DNA of 62,530 nt, counting the filler, from Vannella sp. (taxonomy: Eukaryota): the NCBI GenBank assembly GCA_023345925.1. It is 4 parts of 4 records of this genome, joined end to end, with 100 filler letters (N's around TTAATTAATTAA, not from the genome) between each part and the next. Parts side by side here need not be neighbours in the genome. Positions count along the whole stretch, not along the records: positions 49,454 to 62,530 come from JAJQQN010000142.1; 3 more parts are not named here. One strand, given 5' to 3'. The position numbers were made by a program, and so were the translations under genes. Under the pieces are notes generated by a model. The model searched no databases. It was not told the origin of the DNA and worked only from the letters and a program-made list of their open reading frames with translations. Shown here piece after piece: positions 58,632-62,530 of the stretch. Position 1 is the first letter of the stretch. Each line of letters begins with the position of its first letter.

Positions 58632-59417
58632 ATGCCACTACCACGCACGGTCATCGTGGGGGACGTCCACGGCTGCTTTGTCGAGCTAACAGAGCTGTTG
58701 GACGCTCTTTTGTTTGATCCAGAGAAGGACCGACTCGTCTTTGTTGGGGACTTGGTGGGGAAAGGCCCAGACACCCTGAAAGTGCTCCAGTTGGCGTTGG
58801 AGATGAACGCTTTGTGTGTTCGTGGTAACCATGAAGACGTGTTCGTCCAATACTATCGCTCAGAGGTAGCTAAGGAGGTGGGAGCACCTTCTCCTAAGAT
58901 CAATGAGGGTTACCTGAAGATAGTAGAGAGTCTGACCCCTGATCAATGGAAGTACCTCATCGAGATGCCCCTTTTCCTTCGATTAGAGGACATGAACGCC
59001 ATCATTGTCCATGCAGGGCTTGTTCCTGGAGTCCCAGAAGATCAACAGGTACCGATACATCCTCCTTCTGTCTTCAGTGTCGCAAAAGAAGGGCTAACTG
59101 AGGTGCAGGATCCTGACATGATGATGAATCTGAGGAATGTCCTTCCAGATGGCTCAGGAACAAAGGAAATCGGGTTGGGGAAGGCTTGGATCGACACTTG
59201 GAATGGGCCAGAGACCGTCTTCTTTGGCCACGATGCTGTTCGAGGGCTCCAGCTGCGCAGGGACTCGAGTCACCGACTGATTGCTGTTGGACTTGATACA
59301 GGAGCGTGTTATGGCAAGTTTTTGACCGCTTACGTCCATCCCACAGGCACCATTGTCCAACAACCTTCCCACGAAGTTTATTCTGTGCCGACCCTCTCTT
59401 TGAACTATTCCCTGTAA
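58632..59417 (+). CDS. ApaH-like / Ppn2-like metallophosphoesterase
   Basis: GDVHG, GDLVGKG, GNHE, HAG, FGH and GLDTGA motifs; probable in-frame intron at about 59049-59108. Confidence 0.88.
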   Translation: MPLPRTVIVGDVHGCFVELTELLDALLFDPEKDRLVFVGDLVGKGPDTLKVLQLALEMNALCVRGNHEDVFVQYYRSEVAKEVGAPSPKINEGYLKIVESLTPDQWKYLIEMPLFLRLEDMNAIIVHAGLVPGVPEDQQVPIHPPSVFSVAKEGLTEVQDPDMMMNLRNVLPDGSGTKEIGLGKAWIDTWNGPETVFFGHDAVRGLQLRRDSSHRLIAVGLDTGACYGKFLTAYVHPTGTIVQQPSHEVYSVPTLSLNYSL

Positions 59418-59485
59418 TTGGGTCACTCCACCATGATATTGTAACTTATTTACTTCATTTGGGGTCATTTGGGTGGTCTAAGGCG

Positions 59486-60267
59486 ATGGACAACCAGGTC
59501 AAGAGCACCTTGCAGAAGATACCTCTTCTTACAGTGAAGGCGGGGCCACGGGATGGTGATGAGTGGATTGCTCGCTTGAAACAAGAGTATAAGGCGTTGA
59601 TTGAGGTGCGTCTCTCGCGTGGAGTGCCTTACTTGGGCTAAGGGAACATCACCTTCTTTTGTGGTTGGCACTTGCAGTATGTGAAGATGAATAAGGCATC
59701 CGATAACGATTGGTTCCTTCTGGAGTCCAACAAATTGGGCACCAGGTGGCATGGGAAGTGCTGGTACCTTCACGAGTACCGAAAGTACGAATTCGACGTC
59801 CAGTTTGAGGTAGAGGAGCCCCCCAGCTACTGTTCAACGAAACAGGCTTCTGACAACCTATTTCTCATCATAGATCCCGGTCACCTACCCAAAGACAGCC
59901 ATCGAGATCGAACTTCCAGAGCTTGAGGGGAAGACTGCCAAGATGTACAGGTACGCCATACCAAACAACTCACAAAGGTTCAGAAGATCACTGACACCTT
60001 CTGAAGGGGAGGAAAGATCTGCCTGACCATCCACTTCAAGCCTCTTTGGGCGAAGAATGTGCCTTCCTTCGGCATCGCTCACGCACTTGCTATGGGTGTA
60101 AGCAGAACCAAGCTAACTCCTAATCAATGGCAGAACTAATCACTCCAACTTCCCTGCAGCTTGCTCCCTGGCTCGCTGCAGAGGTTCCCCACATGATAGA
60201 GAAAGGACTGATCGTGCACAAGGAAGAGACTGAGCTTCCTGCTACCCAGAGCACATCAAATGAGTGA
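59486..60267 (+). CDS. UFC1: UFM1-conjugating enzyme; 5 exons
   Basis: [12 protein letters not shown]...[22 protein letters not shown]...[25 protein letters not shown]...[10 protein letters not shown]. Confidence 0.95.
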
Positions 60268-60361
60268 TTCGGCTTATGATGTATCAAACAACATCAAGGC
60301 GTGGGACATGCCTTTTGAGGAACAGCCCGAAAATTTTCGTTAAAAGCTTTCGCGAGCACTG

Positions 60362-60378
60362 TCTCCTCCTTTTTTTTC
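60362..60378 (+). promoter_or_regulatory. Polypyrimidine (TCT/TOP-like) element upstream of RPL27
   Basis: tctcctccttttttttc ends 17 nt before the ATG of a ribosomal protein gene. Confidence 0.45.
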
Positions 60379-60395
60379 GTTCGCCCTGGTTAAAC

Positions 60396-60853
60396 ATGCC
60401 CAAATTGTAAGCTACTGCGCACCTCTTTGTTAATACATCTACTCACTAAGCTCTAGTCTGAAGCCAGGAAAGATCGTCATCGTTCTCCAAGGTAGATACG
60501 CTGGACGAAAGGCCGTCATCGTCAAGAACTTTGATGAGGGCACTGAGGAGCGCAAATACCCTCACGCTGTTCTTGCTGGAATTGACCGTGCACCCCTCAA
60601 GGTCACCAAGACCATGTCTAAGAAGAAGATCGCCCAGCGCTCCCGCATCAAGCCTTTCCTCAAGGTCATCAACTACAACCACATCATGCCCACCCGATAC
60701 GCCTTGAAGGACGTGTCTCTGCGCTCAACCGTTGGACCTGATGCTCTTGAGAAGGGCAAGCGCAAGGAGGTCAAGAAGCAGGTTAAGGCCCTCTTCGAGG
60801 AGAAGTACAAGAACACCAACACCAGATACTTCTTCCAGAAGCTGCGATTCTAA
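60396..60853 (+). CDS. RPL27: 60S ribosomal protein L27 (eL27); 1 intron
   Basis: [27 protein letters not shown]...INYNHIMPTRY...FFQKLRF. Confidence 0.96.
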
Positions 60854-60976
60854 GTTGTACCATCCCTGTAATAAATCATTGCAAGGTACAGTTCCACAAG
60901 AATCCCTGTGGCTCAGCCTTGACCTCAACTTTCTCAAGCGCACTACTCGATCAGGATAGAAGAACAACTTTATGGC

Positions 60977-61830
<854 letters not shown>

Positions 61831-61925
61831 GCTCCCAAAGACTGACCCCCAGCGAGGAGAAATTCCGAAGAAAACCATCTGGTGCTTGTTCTAACCTTTG
61901 ATTAGGGTGGACATGTGGGTGTAGT

Positions 61926-62530
61926 TCACCAAGCAGGAGCTTCCTTGAGGAACACTTGAACAGAGCCAAAGTTATGGAACTCGGCGCGAACGGTGTCTCC
62001 CGATCGGAGGGGAGCTGGCGCTGTGATCGAGCCGGTGCAAATGACGTCTCCTCTGGATAGAGAGGGTGATCGTTAGTGCTCCTGGTAGGTGAGACTCTGG
62101 CCAAGTTACCTTCGCAAGGTGATGTTGCGACTCGAGAGCGTGTTGACCAGCCAAGTGAGAGAGTCCCAAGGGTTTCCGAGCACGTTGGCTCCCACGCCCG
62201 TGTCGTGGATCTGACCATTGACGATGAGCTTCACCTTCATCCCCAGAAGGTCCACGTTGTGAAAGTCCTTCACCTCTTCGGAGGAGAGGACCAAGACTCC
62301 TCCATTTGAGTTGTCTGCGATCACGGAGAAGCCGCTAGGAGAGTCACTGGTAAAGCGAGAGTCAGCAATCTCGATAGAGGGGATGACACTCTCTACAGAG
62401 GCAACAATCTCTTCACGAGAGAACTTCTGTGAGGATCGAGGAGCGATATCCTTCGAGATACGGAAGCTGAGCTCAGCTTCAGCTTTGGGCTTCAAGAAGC
62501 GACCAGGAGAGACGCGTGAAGAGCTCCCTT
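61926..62530 (-). CDS. 2-keto-4-pentenoate hydratase (MhpD)-like FAH-superfamily protein, 5' part outside the window
   Basis: EAELSF, PSIEIADSRF, IADNSNGG, GANVLGNPWDSLTWLVN, then an intron (about 62054-62109) and GDVICTGS. Confidence 0.85.

Overview
Gene-dense eukaryotic DNA, most likely from an amoebozoan protist. That is inferred from a MEKKalpha-like kinase/F-box/WD40 protein, an ADCY10/sGC-type cyclase, an ABP34-like actin bundler and an LvsB/LYST-like gene. The window is four unrelated contigs (1-4715, 4816-23782, 23883-49353, 49454-62530) joined by artificial 100-nt N/TTAATTAATTAA linkers. About 30 protein-coding genes are present, most split by short (about 40-65 nt) GT-AG introns, so the supplied ORFs are mostly exon fragments; I rejoined them by eye. 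Recognisable genes: LDAH, USP48, a subtilase, LYST, GBF1, MEKKalpha-like, ceramide synthase, PRELI, SRF, an FAD monooxygenase, an ApaH-like phosphatase, UFC1, RPL27, IDI1 and MhpD-like. The most unusual items are (i) an RCC1-repeat + Ig-like + twin class III cyclase + STAND NTPase protein sharing a telomere-repeat-containing divergent promoter with a tandem-CH protein, (ii) an STT3/GT-C-like membrane protein ending in three trefoil-like repeats, (iii) a tandem array of three four-CX9C proteins plus a decayed fourth copy, and (iv) several bacterial-type genes. I saw no rRNA, tRNA, CRISPR array or transposon. All family assignments come from motif recognition, not database searches.
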